From: Bryobacteraceae bacterium
GTDB lineage: Bacteria; Acidobacteriota; Terriglobia; Bryobacterales; Bryobacteraceae
Assembly (NCBI GenBank): GCA_036003585.1
Contig: DASYSG010000045.1
Location: 37,094 to 101,093 of the forward strand
Direction of reading: 5' to 3'
DNA: 64,000 nt
Part shown: piece after piece, positions 19,564 through 27,815 of the stretch
Numbering within the stretch: the first letter of the stretch is position 1
Layout: every line of letters starts with the position of its first letter
Made by a program: the position numbers and the translations under genes
The notes under the pieces: generated by a model
What the model was told of the DNA's origin: nothing
Database searches by the model: none
Seen by the model: only the letters and a program-made list of their open reading frames with translations

Positions 19564-19952
19564 TGTTCGTATGCCTCTGTGATCAGTCGTTCGATGGTTA
19601 TGATTCCCGAGCTCACATCTTTGGGCCGTCGCGCCATATGCACCAGATACCAGTCGTCTCCGCGAGGAGCAAAACAGGTCCAATGGCTGTGGCGTCGAAT
19701 CTGCCGCGAGGGACTATAAAGGAAGAAATCGATGCTCGACCAACGCTCCTGGATCTGGCCTTGAAAGGTCGCGTACGCGGTCTGATACGATCCCGTGTAG
19801 TTGTTGCCGTTGCGCGTCCAGCCGCGTTCCCGCCAATACGGAATTTCACGGCGCAGGACGGAAATTGAGGGGGCGTGCCCCCGTACCACCTGCGAGAAGA
19901 GCTCGCGGATGGCATTGGGGGCAGGCCGGGTGCCGAGTTCTTTTACGCGCAT
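19560..19952 (-). CDS. 130-aa protein in the E2 position of the cassette; candidate E2/RWD-like fold
   Basis: It lies between the Ubl and JAB genes with overlaps at both ends. 'IDFFLYSPSRQIRRHSHWTCFAP' resembles a flap-plus-Cys arrangement. The fold call is weak. Confidence 0.5.
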   Translation of the reverse strand: MRVKELGTRPAPNAIRELFSQVVRGHAPSISVLRREIPYWRERGWTRNGNNYTGSYQTAYATFQGQIQERWSSIDFFLYSPSRQIRRHSHWTCFAPRGDDWYLVHMARRPKDVSSGIITIERLITEAYEQ

Positions 19953-20179
19953 ACGGTGATGCCAACCTCGGCTTTGGTGCTCGCGAAAATCTTCTCGCCA
20001 TCTTTCACTTTGTCGTAGACCGACTCGGCATTGGCGAAGAAGGGCTCATTCGGTCCCTTGCTTAACAGGTAGTCTGCAAGGTTCAACTGGGCGAGGATGT
20101 CACCGGCGGTCGTGCCCGACTCGATTTCCACATCCCGGATCTGACCGGTTCCGGCGACAACGACGGATAGCTTTTTCAT
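19943..20179 (-). CDS. 78-aa candidate ubiquitin-like (beta-grasp) protein
   Basis: The ATG at 20179 is preceded by AAGGAGAA (revcomp of 20187-20194). 'MKKLSVVVAGTGQIRDVEIESGTTAGDILAQLNL...GEKIFASTKAEVGITVCA'. The small size and position upstream of the E2-like/JAB/E1 genes fit a Ubl. Confidence 0.55.
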   Translation of the reverse strand: MKKLSVVVAGTGQIRDVEIESGTTAGDILAQLNLADYLLSKGPNEPFFANAESVYDKVKDGEKIFASTKAEVGITVCA

Positions 20180-20310
20180 GATGTAAATTCTCCTTATATT
20201 AAAATCTGGGAGGCGGGTCCTCTCCCCTGCGGGTTGATCGATACGCCGCCCATCGTGGGCGGCGAAAAAAAGGAAGAGGCCAAGAAGATTCTTGGCCTCA
20301 GGGCGCCGGT

Positions 20311-20622
20311 TCATAAGTCCTGCGCGGGTACCACATCCGTGAGCCTGCCCTCGCGGAACGAAAGATCGCGTTCCACGGCGAGGCCGAGCCAAGTCCGGAC
20401 ACGTTCGAGCTCCGAGAGCAGAAAATAGCCGAACTCGCTTTCCAGGCCCACGACAAAACCAAAGAACAAATAATCGTCTTCCTGCTGGCTGCCTTCCGTG
20501 ACGTACCATGTCCATCCGGTACCCGGCAGGAAGAACTTCGCGTAAACGACGGGCTCGGCTTCGTGCTCCTGGGAATAGAGAGCCGGAAGCCGGTTCCGCA
20601 GTTCGTCAGTCAGAAGCTTCAC
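20311..20622 (-). CDS. DUF2958-like protein
   Basis: 'LRNRLPALYSQEHEAEPVVYAKFFLPGTGWTWYVTEGSQQEDDYLFFGFVVGLESEFGYFLLSELE' matches the DUF2958 pattern I know from plasmids and ICEs. The GTG start overlaps the integrase-frame stop as GTGA (20619-20622). Confidence 0.7.
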   Translation of the reverse strand: MKLLTDELRNRLPALYSQEHEAEPVVYAKFFLPGTGWTWYVTEGSQQEDDYLFFGFVVGLESEFGYFLLSELERVRTWLGLAVERDLSFREGRLTDVVPAQDL

Positions 20623-21866
20623 GGCTTCACCCCTTTCGTTATTCGGACTCGAACAGCTTTCGCGCTTCCTCGAATTTCTGGAGCTGCCGCCGCTTCCTTT
20701 TCAACACCTCGTCCATTTCGGCGATCTCGGCTTTCAGCTTGTCGGCTTGCTCCAGGACCACCTCCACGGGACTCTTTTTCCTCCACGGTTTCCGCTCCGG
20801 CGTCGCCGTGGTTACTTTCGGACTGGTCGGTTTCTGAATTGCCATTTGTTTTCTCCTTTTGCTGTCGTTGTTGGTCGTCGACCCATCGCTCGAGTTTCCG
20901 GATCGCTTCACGCTTGACCGGGAGCTCGATATGGGTATATAAAGAGTGAATTTTCGAGCCGGTGGAGTGGCCCATGAGCGCCATGCGGATTTCCTGCATG
21001 ACGCCGGCCTCCATCAGGCGCGTATTGAATGTGTGTCTGAGATCGTGGAAACGTACGTGTCGGATGGATGCGTTCGTGAGCGCAGTCTTCCAACCACGTT
21101 TCACGATGCGGACCGGATGGCCCCGAAAGTTGATGAGGAGTCCCTCCGACCGGCGGTGTTCCCATAGGAACGTGTAGAGCCGTTCGGTAAGAGGGATCTC
21201 GCGTGATTCGCCTTCGGGTGTTTTCGAGCGCGTGACGAAGAGCACCTTTTGGGAAAAATCCACGTCCTCCCATTTCTGGCTGGTGATTTCGCCACGCCGC
21301 ATCCCGGTGTCGAGTGCGATCACGATCATGGCGCGGAGATGGTCTTTCGCGGTACCGAGAAGCAATACTTCCTCGGCGACACTCAGAACTTGGCGGCGAG
21401 TGCGACGCTCTCGCGCCATTTTCATGCGGGTCAGCGGATTTGCAGCGAGAAGCTGCTCATCGACCGCCCAATACAGGATGTGCCGGAGGACGCTCAAATC
21501 CCGGTTGATGGTCGCGTCCTTGATCGCCTGGTTCCTGTTGCGGCGGACCTTCCGAAATTCATCCGCAAGAGATTTCGTGATTCTCAAGGCGGGAAATTCG
21601 GAGAAGAACGGCAACAGGAGCTTCAGGTGATACAGGTGATGCGGACGGACGTAACCGCCCGCGATGAATCGCGCGGCGAGCTCGCCGAAGGTCATCGTGG
21701 GATCGGACTGGACGATTTGGAATCGCCGGTCATTCAATTCCTGTTTGAGCTTGTCTTCGACTTTCTCGGCCTGTTTCCGGTTCGAAGTCCCCGTGGAGTA
21801 CTGATACCGGATGCCGTCTCGATACAGGTATGCCCACCACACGTTGCCGCGTTTCAAAAGGCTCAC
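20619..21866 (-). CDS. Tyrosine recombinase / phage-type integrase
   Basis: The GTG start at 21866 is preceded by AAGGAG and gives the typical N-terminus 'SLLKRGNVWWAYLY'. Catalytic-region motifs are 'ALDTGMRRGEI', 'VRFHDLRHTFNTRLMEAGV' and 'MGHSTGSKIHSLYTH'. The ~85-aa low-complexity C-terminal tail may not be genuine. Confidence 0.85.
   Translation of the reverse strand: MSLLKRGNVWWAYLYRDGIRYQYSTGTSNRKQAEKVEDKLKQELNDRRFQIVQSDPTMTFGELAARFIAGGYVRPHHLYHLKLLLPFFSEFPALRITKSLADEFRKVRRNRNQAIKDATINRDLSVLRHILYWAVDEQLLAANPLTRMKMARERRTRRQVLSVAEEVLLLGTAKDHLRAMIVIALDTGMRRGEITSQKWEDVDFSQKVLFVTRSKTPEGESREIPLTERLYTFLWEHRRSEGLLINFRGHPVRIVKRGWKTALTNASIRHVRFHDLRHTFNTRLMEAGVMQEIRMALMGHSTGSKIHSLYTHIELPVKREAIRKLERWVDDQQRQQKEKTNGNSETDQSESNHGDAGAETVEEKESRGGGPGASRQAESRDRRNGRGVEKEAAAAPEIRGSAKAVRVRITKGVKP
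20639..20845 (-). CDS. 68-aa coiled-coil protein embedded in the 3' tail of the integrase ORF
   Basis: The ATG at 20845 is preceded by AAAAGGAGAAAACAA. The product is 'MAIQKPTSPK...VVLEQADKLKAEIAEMDEVLKRKRRQLQKFEEARKLFESE'. Confidence 0.5.
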   Translation of the reverse strand: MAIQKPTSPKVTTATPERKPWRKKSPVEVVLEQADKLKAEIAEMDEVLKRKRRQLQKFEEARKLFESE

Positions 21867-22204
21867 GATAGCGTTACTCCTTTCTGCTGGCGCGCGAGGA
21901 GCCAGCGGGTGATCTGCGTTTTGTAAAAGATCAACTTTCCGTTGGGCGTGAGGCGATGGTGTGGCAGCCCGGCAGGCAGGTACCGCTGCCGTACCGTCCA
22001 GGGAGAACATCCGATGACGCGGGCGACTTCCCGGATCGAGAGCGGCGCGCCCAGGGGTCCCGTGCTGGCGGCGGCCTCTTCCGGGTGCGGGTACTGCTGC
22101 GGGTAGCTATGCCCTACCTGGATCGGTTCAAAACCCAGCAATTGCTTGGATGTCTTGCCGGGCTTGAAACCCGAATTGCGTCTTAGCTGACGCCTTCCGT
22201 CCAT
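21863..22204 (-). CDS. Excisionase-family HTH protein
   Basis: The C-terminal 'LSIREVARVIGCSPWTVRQRYLPAGLPHHRLTPNGKLIFYKTQITRWL' is an excisionase/AlpA-type HTH. Its stop overlaps the integrase GTG as GTGA (21863-21866). The true start may be downstream of 22204. Confidence 0.65.
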   Translation of the reverse strand: MDGRRQLRRNSGFKPGKTSKQLLGFEPIQVGHSYPQQYPHPEEAAASTGPLGAPLSIREVARVIGCSPWTVRQRYLPAGLPHHRLTPNGKLIFYKTQITRWLLARQQKGVTLS

Positions 22205-22636
22205 CTAGTCGCCTCCCCCGCGCTCACGGTCACGTCTCCGTCTGAGCAGCTTGTAGAGTTGGCTGCGGAACCACTGCGGGATCTGGCTCCAGGCCCACCA
22301 GAGAATCCCGAAGGGAATCGTGAGGAGAGCCAGTGCAACGATCATGTCGGGTCGCTGAAGGATGGCAATGACGGCTGCCAGTACGACAACGATTGAGGCA
22401 GTGCCAAGAAAGAATCCCGGAACGACCGAGAGAAGGAACCCGAGCGTCGGAGCCCAACCCGGACGCCGAGGCTGCGGAGTGGAAAGGTCTCGACTTCCGC
22501 ACTGGGAACACGCCTCCGCGGTCCGGGGATTCACATGCCGCCGGGGACAGAGCTTTACATCGTACGTGCGAGAGCAGTAATTACAATAAAGCGGCTCGCC
22601 CGGCGTGATGTGGTTGCAGTTGAAACAGTATTTCAT
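22205..22636 (-). CDS. Double zinc-ribbon membrane protein
   Basis: 'MKYCFNCNHITPGEPLYCNYCSRTYDVKLCP...CSQCGS' is followed by two or three hydrophobic helices. The ATG at 22636 lies 5 nt after the upstream stop codon. Confidence 0.55.
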   Translation of the reverse strand: MKYCFNCNHITPGEPLYCNYCSRTYDVKLCPRRHVNPRTAEACSQCGSRDLSTPQPRRPGWAPTLGFLLSVVPGFFLGTASIVVVLAAVIAILQRPDMIVALALLTIPFGILWWAWSQIPQWFRSQLYKLLRRRRDRERGGGD

Positions 22637-22641
22637 GGAAT

Positions 22642-23418
22642 TCACAGAAGCGGTTGGCGCTCTTCGCCGGTTGGCCTCTGCCAAATCGGAGACCAGACTT
22701 TCCCACTGGTAACGGCGTCCAGCGTGGTGAACCAGAAGATCTTCTCGGTGACCATTGCGGTAACAGCGCGGAGCGAGGCCATGCGGCGTTCCGAATTCGC
22801 AACGACGAGCGTTCGAAACTGCGGTTGATTGAACTGCGTGGTGAAACTGCCGGAGACGGCGTAACGCAGGTATCCCTGGACCTTTTTCTGCCAGATCGAT
22901 CGGCTTTCATGTCCAAGATCAATCTCAAGAAACATCGCGAGCGTTTTGGTGGAGGTCACGACTTCCGCATAGCCGTCCGGAATGAGCGGGATGCCCGAGA
23001 AAAGTGGCTCGTAGAAACTCAACCAACGAACAAAGCGTGCATCAGCAACCGGGATCGGGTGGTATTTCAAAAGGCAGTACACCTGGTTGATCCACAATTG
23101 ATGCGTCACGAAGAAATCGGCGGCGAGGGTCTGATCGGTCGCCCGACGCGGACCACGGTACAGCACCTCAACCAGCGCGGCACCCTTCGGCGACTGGGCA
23201 TAGAGCGCCTTCCTTGCGCCGCCCACGGTTCCCAGGAAGAACCTCCGCAGGAATCCGGCGCGCGTGAGCATCAGCAATCGGTTGTTGGCGCGCGTGGTCG
23301 ACCCGAATCCGGCCACGCGTTTGGCTTGCTCGCGGTCGATGACACGCATCACGCCGAGTTCTCGGAGCAAATGCCGGTCGCGGTCCTGGAGGATGATTCC
23401 CTGATTATTCCCAGTCAT
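22642..23418 (-). CDS. Replication-relaxation (Replic_Relax) family protein
   Basis: 'ILQDRDRHLLRELGVMRVIDREQAKRVAGFGSTTRANNRLLMLTRAGFLRRF' is the wHTH pattern of the family. The ATG at 23418 overlaps the ATPase gene end by 14 nt. Confidence 0.6.
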   Translation of the reverse strand: MTGNNQGIILQDRDRHLLRELGVMRVIDREQAKRVAGFGSTTRANNRLLMLTRAGFLRRFFLGTVGGARKALYAQSPKGAALVEVLYRGPRRATDQTLAADFFVTHQLWINQVYCLLKYHPIPVADARFVRWLSFYEPLFSGIPLIPDGYAEVVTSTKTLAMFLEIDLGHESRSIWQKKVQGYLRYAVSGSFTTQFNQPQFRTLVVANSERRMASLRAVTAMVTEKIFWFTTLDAVTSGKVWSPIWQRPTGEERQPLL

Positions 23419-24784
23419 TGAGGACCTCGGTGTTTCCGCGAACGACCATCCCCTGCCGCGCGCGGATTTCTTCTTCGATGTCTTTACGATTTCGCGCCCA
23501 GCGCACCCGCGAGCGGGCAAGGAGATCTTTCGGATCGGCCTTTGGCTCATGGACGGTGGGTACCACCGCTTCACGCCAGCGTTCATTCCCGGTTTTCACA
23601 ACCATATGGCGCCGTTGCAGATTCTTCAGAAGTTCCGCGAGCGGCTTCCCGCCATCCAGCGCGGCGGCGATCTGTTGAGCATCGGAGCTCGAAAGCTGGA
23701 AGAAAATGTGCGTGCCGACCGCGAGGATCGCCGCGCGCATTTCTGCCGGGTATTGATCCAGGAATTGATTTGCAGAGACTATTCCGCAACCAAATTTGCG
23801 CGCCTCAGATAAGATTTCTTCAAGACCGCTGCCGAAGGCGACCAAATTCTGGATCTCGTCACAATACAAGGTGAAGAGTTCCCGGCGTTTCCGGGCGAAC
23901 AGCGCATGCCGTGCCTTTGCGAGAAACAGACTCCCGAGCGTAAGGGCCTGCTCCCCCAACCTTCCTTTATCAAGCACGAGAACTATCCAGCACCCACGGT
24001 CCAAGGCATCAACCACGGAAAACGTCGAGCGTTGCTGGCCGATGATTCTGCGGAAGCGCGGATCGGACGTGAAGGCCGACGTCTTGTTGAGGATGGGCTC
24101 GGCCAGGACACCTCTCATCGCGTCGCTCACCGTGTCGTAACGGAGCTCGAAGTACTGCTTCACCTCCGGGTTGCTCACCTTCGCGAGGCAGCGTGACCGG
24201 AATCCAGCGTGGCCGAGGAGCGGCCCGAGTTCTACCAGCGTGAGGCTGTTATCGGCGAGTACGTAGAGGCTATTCCGCAACAGCTCTTCCGTCCGTGCTC
24301 CGAACGATTCCAGATGGAAGCGTTGTTTGAGAATTTGCGCGAACTCTGCTATCCGGACGAACCTTTCGTCACCACCCTCGTCTTCGAGCGGGTTGAGGCC
24401 AACAGAAAACTCCGGACTACTCGGATCGATCACGATCAGGCGATCGCTCAGATCTCGCTTCAAAACGCGCTCGCGGGCCGCTATGGTTTTGAGCAAAAAC
24501 TCCGATGTGTCGCCGTGCAAGTCGAAATGCAGAAATCCCCGACCCGCATGGATGTCTTGAGAGGCTAAGTAGCGGATGAGCGACGACTTTCCAACGCCTG
24601 TCTTTCCCAGGATCGCGACGCTTTCCGCGCGGCGGCCTTGGGGAACTACCACGCGATTGTGCGTAATCACCTCGTCCGAAACCTGAGCCCCAAGGTCAAG
24701 GGCCCGGCTATCAGCAGGTTCCCCGTGCTCGGTAACGCGCCGGTTCCAGCCCCGGGCTATTTTGGTTTCGAACCACTTCAACAT
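23405..24784 (-). CDS. VirD4/TraD/FtsK-HerA-superfamily P-loop ATPase (coupling-protein-like, no N-terminal TM)
   Basis: Walker A 'ILGKTGVGKSSL' and Walker B 'FTLYCDEIQNL', plus 'GIVSANQFLDQYP'. The 459-aa size and the adjacent Replic_Relax gene fit. Confidence 0.65.
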   Translation of the reverse strand: MLKWFETKIARGWNRRVTEHGEPADSRALDLGAQVSDEVITHNRVVVPQGRRAESVAILGKTGVGKSSLIRYLASQDIHAGRGFLHFDLHGDTSEFLLKTIAARERVLKRDLSDRLIVIDPSSPEFSVGLNPLEDEGGDERFVRIAEFAQILKQRFHLESFGARTEELLRNSLYVLADNSLTLVELGPLLGHAGFRSRCLAKVSNPEVKQYFELRYDTVSDAMRGVLAEPILNKTSAFTSDPRFRRIIGQQRSTFSVVDALDRGCWIVLVLDKGRLGEQALTLGSLFLAKARHALFARKRRELFTLYCDEIQNLVAFGSGLEEILSEARKFGCGIVSANQFLDQYPAEMRAAILAVGTHIFFQLSSSDAQQIAAALDGGKPLAELLKNLQRRHMVVKTGNERWREAVVPTVHEPKADPKDLLARSRVRWARNRKDIEEEIRARQGMVVRGNTEVLNDWE

Positions 24785-24908
24785 GCGATGAGAATATGGG
24801 TGACGGCGAGCAAAACGGTAACAAACGGGATTCGCGGATCACGACGAGGAGCGCTCAGCGTGGCGTCGAAGATCCTGATTTCCCTGGGCTTATCCCGGGA
24901 TCGGGGGC

Positions 24909-25667
24909 TCAGCGGAAGTTAGTGATCAGAAGCTCACGAAACCGCTTGCCAGCTTTCATCTGTGACGTGTAGGGAAGCTCAATTTCCCGGAGCGTGAAGT
25001 CATGGAAGAGTTCTCGCACCCTGGGCACGTCGTTCAACGAGAGAACGAACTTGCCTTGCAGGTGGCGGAGCTGTTCCGCAAGATTCGCGAAGTCATCGTC
25101 AGTGAAATTGAATCGGTACAACGCACGGCCCCAGTACGGCGGATCCAGATAGAACAACGTGGTTCGCCGGTCAAACCGTTTGAGGATATCGGAGTACGGC
25201 AGACACTCAATCTGAACCCGCTCAAGTCTCTTGTGTGCATTTTCAAGGAGCTGGGGAAGGCGTCCGGGATTGAAACTCGGCGGTCCAACAACGGCGTAAC
25301 GGTATCTTCGGTTACGAATCAAGCCTGCGAAAGCGTTTTTCTGGAGATAGAAAAAGCGGGCGGCGCGCTGGACATCGGTCAGTGCGTCGGGGTTTTCGGA
25401 CTCGAAGAGTGCGAACCATTTCCGGCTGACGAGGATGAACTTGAGATACCGGAGAAGTTCCTCATGATGGCGCTGGCAGATCCGAAAGAAGTTCACCACG
25501 TCGCTGTTCAAGTCGTTCAGGACCTCGACGGCGGACGGGTCTTTGTGAAAGAACACCTGCGCGCCGCCAGCAAACGCTTCAACGTACGTCGTGTGCTTCG
25601 GAAAGATCTCGATGATCTTCGCGGCGATGCGATTCTTCCCTCCTATATATGCGAGCGGTCCGATCAT
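24909..25667 (-). CDS. Dam-type (D12 class) N6-adenine DNA methyltransferase, orphan
   Basis: 'YIGGKNRIAAKI', 'YVEAFAGGAQVF' (motif I) and 'LFYLDPPYWG' (motif IV). No restriction-enzyme gene lies nearby. Confidence 0.8.
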   Translation of the reverse strand: MIGPLAYIGGKNRIAAKIIEIFPKHTTYVEAFAGGAQVFFHKDPSAVEVLNDLNSDVVNFFRICQRHHEELLRYLKFILVSRKWFALFESENPDALTDVQRAARFFYLQKNAFAGLIRNRRYRYAVVGPPSFNPGRLPQLLENAHKRLERVQIECLPYSDILKRFDRRTTLFYLDPPYWGRALYRFNFTDDDFANLAEQLRHLQGKFVLSLNDVPRVRELFHDFTLREIELPYTSQMKAGKRFRELLITNFR

Positions 25668-26222
25668 TGCCGGTGGTTTGAAAATGGCGGTCCATGGCGG
25701 ACCGTTTGCGTTGGTGAGAGCGCTTCAACTCGACCTTATTGAAGCGTGACATCACCTTAGCAATCTCACCGGTGGCGGAAAGATGCGTGATGTTGCGCGA
25801 GATGCTACCTAAGCCTCCTAATCCGGCATTTCCTGAAACTGTGCGGCAAAGAGGCCCTTGAGCGTTGCCCGGTCGAGATTGCCATTTTTTGTCGGGAAGA
25901 ATAACTCGCTGAACCGAGCGCGGTATGCTCCGTGAGTCAGTTATTTGGACCAGGAGTGCGTCGTACTTTTTGGTTAGACCGCTCACGCGCATGCCCGCCG
26001 CAAATCTCTCGCCCTTCTTTACGCGGTCCACTAACTTCGTAGCGAGCGCGTGAAGCGTCTTGACAGTCGCACTTTAGGACGGAAGGCGACAGAAATGCGA
26101 TTGCGCAAGTCAGGAAGTCCTCGGGCGAGGATTCGGAGGCCTCATCATCTGATGAGTTCGCCCCAGTTACTGGCGATTCGTCATCGATCGCGTGACGCGC
26201 CACTCGCGGTGCGGGCCTGGCG

Positions 26223-27791
26223 CTAGTTCAATGTGACCTGGCTAACATTATTCCCGCTCTGTTCGGTGAACCACAATGCTCCATCAGGACCAAGACTGAT
26301 CCCATATGGTTGGCTCCCGAGAGTGGGCACGGGGTACTCGGTAACTGTTCCAGTGGTCGTGATGCGACCGATATTGTTGCCGTCCTCCTCCGTAAACCAG
26401 AGAGCGCCGTCTGGACCAACGGTGATCTCTAAGGGCTGACTATTAGTAGTCGGAATGGGATACTCAGTGACTGTACCAGCAGTCGTGACACGGCCGATCT
26501 TATTCGCCGTAAATTCCGTAAACCATAGAGCCCCATCTGGACCCGTCACGATGCCAAACGGATAACTTGGCAAAGCGTACTCGGTAATCACTCCACTTGT
26601 GGTAATTCGGCCGACCTTCGTTGTCGCTATTTCGGTAAACCACAAAGCTCCATCGGGTCCTGCGGTAATCCCCGATGGGTGGCTCGGTACGGTCGGAATC
26701 GGATATTCCGTAACAGCGCCGTTCGTCGTTATACGGCCGATCTTATTCGCAGTATATTCCGTGAACCACAAGGCGCCATCTGGACCAACAGTAATGGTAA
26801 GAGGGAAGGCATTGAGAGAAGGAACTGGATATTCTATAAGAGCTCCCATCGTAGAGAGGCGGCCGATCCTATCATTGGAGAAACCACCAAACCATTCCGT
26901 AAACCACAAGGCACCATCGGGGCCAACGGTAATGCCGCCATTAGCACCGGAGTTGGGGTAGCTGTTTAACACTCCGTTCGTAGTAATATGGCCGATACCG
27001 CGAGTCGCTCCGGTTTCCGCAAACCACAAGGCACCATCAGGACCAGCGGTGATATCGTGCGGTTGACTATAGGCGAGCAGCGCGTACTCTTTAATCGTCA
27101 CGGATGGAGGTGGCGGAGGCTGATTTGCGCTGCGCATCCAACCTTGTATACGAAAACACGTTTTGCATCGGGGAGAAATGGAATATGTCACATAGGTGAG
27201 GGTGCCATTCGACTGTTGTTGGCGTTGGACCGTCAGCTGATGAGGTTGATTGGTATTCTGCTCTATAAGTTTGATTGTGAACTGCGCTCCGCCGATGTCA
27301 TCGATTTCCTTCACGATGGCGACATGCCCCGCTTTGTTATTAGCCGAGGCGAAGCCAACGATGTCGTCAAGCTGCGGCGGAATGGTGCCTCCGTTGGGAT
27401 AACGGACTAGCCCGAAGTATGCGGGATGCAGGTAAAAGTCTTGTGCGTCACCAAAAGTACCATACCAGTCGCTCGCTGCTATGTCTTTCTTGGCCTCGCG
27501 GTAAAAGCGGCGAATGAATTCGACGCATTGATATTGGTCGCCATCTTGTCCCGCCGATTGCTGACCTGGCAGCAGCACGGGATAGCCGAAACCCAGCGGC
27601 GGAGGATCGGTCTGGCAGGACGCCGGCGGCTCGACTCCGGTGTAGATCCCGTTCGAATAAGCACTGACCGACACGGCAGGATTCATCTTCGAGGAATATG
27701 AATCTACGATCGCGCCGCATCCTAGCTGCTGTCCGTCAAGACAGCCACTCACAAGCAACGCCAAAACCGAACCACAAATCAACTTGAACAC
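26223..27791 (-). CDS. Lipoprotein with an N-terminal CHAP-like amidase/peptidase domain and a 7-repeat beta-propeller (virginiamycin-B-lyase/NHL-like)
   Basis: Lipobox 'LLVSGC'. The CHAP-like Cys is in 'YQCVEFIRRFY' and the His in 'AGHVAIV'. There are seven 'GPDGALWF(T/A)E' repeats about 42 aa apart. Confidence 0.65.
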   Translation of the reverse strand: MFKLICGSVLALLVSGCLDGQQLGCGAIVDSYSSKMNPAVSVSAYSNGIYTGVEPPASCQTDPPPLGFGYPVLLPGQQSAGQDGDQYQCVEFIRRFYREAKKDIAASDWYGTFGDAQDFYLHPAYFGLVRYPNGGTIPPQLDDIVGFASANNKAGHVAIVKEIDDIGGAQFTIKLIEQNTNQPHQLTVQRQQQSNGTLTYVTYSISPRCKTCFRIQGWMRSANQPPPPPSVTIKEYALLAYSQPHDITAGPDGALWFAETGATRGIGHITTNGVLNSYPNSGANGGITVGPDGALWFTEWFGGFSNDRIGRLSTMGALIEYPVPSLNAFPLTITVGPDGALWFTEYTANKIGRITTNGAVTEYPIPTVPSHPSGITAGPDGALWFTEIATTKVGRITTSGVITEYALPSYPFGIVTGPDGALWFTEFTANKIGRVTTAGTVTEYPIPTTNSQPLEITVGPDGALWFTEEDGNNIGRITTTGTVTEYPVPTLGSQPYGISLGPDGALWFTEQSGNNVSQVTLN

Positions 27792-27815
27792 ACTCTTACC
27801 ATCCTCGATGTGAAT

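Noticed and set aside
18709-19719. 336-aa plus-strand ORF across the JAB/E1 region. Similar cases are 25002..25742 across the Dam gene, 12893..13567 across the pRiA4b-like gene, and 22654..23421 across the Replic_Relax gene.
   Set aside because: These are antisense shadows of genes that carry clear catalytic motifs on the opposite strand. They have no motifs of their own.
19943-20515. 190-aa ORF suggesting a larger protein upstream of the JAB/E1 genes.
   Set aside because: The N-terminal 112 aa are Arg/Pro-rich and overlap the DUF2958 gene. A strong RBS (AAGGAGAA) precedes the internal ATG at 20179, giving a compact 78-aa product.
25668-26222. ORFs 25579..26031 (-) and 25937..26203 (-) in the gap between the Dam and CHAP genes.
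   Set aside because: No RBS, odd composition and no motifs. This may be degraded coding sequence, but I cannot support a call.
26223-27100. Regularly spaced, near-identical ~30-nt segments that could suggest a CRISPR-like or tandem-repeat array.
   Set aside because: The period is ~126-129 nt. The repeats lie in one long open frame encoding the GPDGALWFTE propeller blades, so they are coding repeats and not a CRISPR array. No CRISPR array is visible elsewhere in the window.
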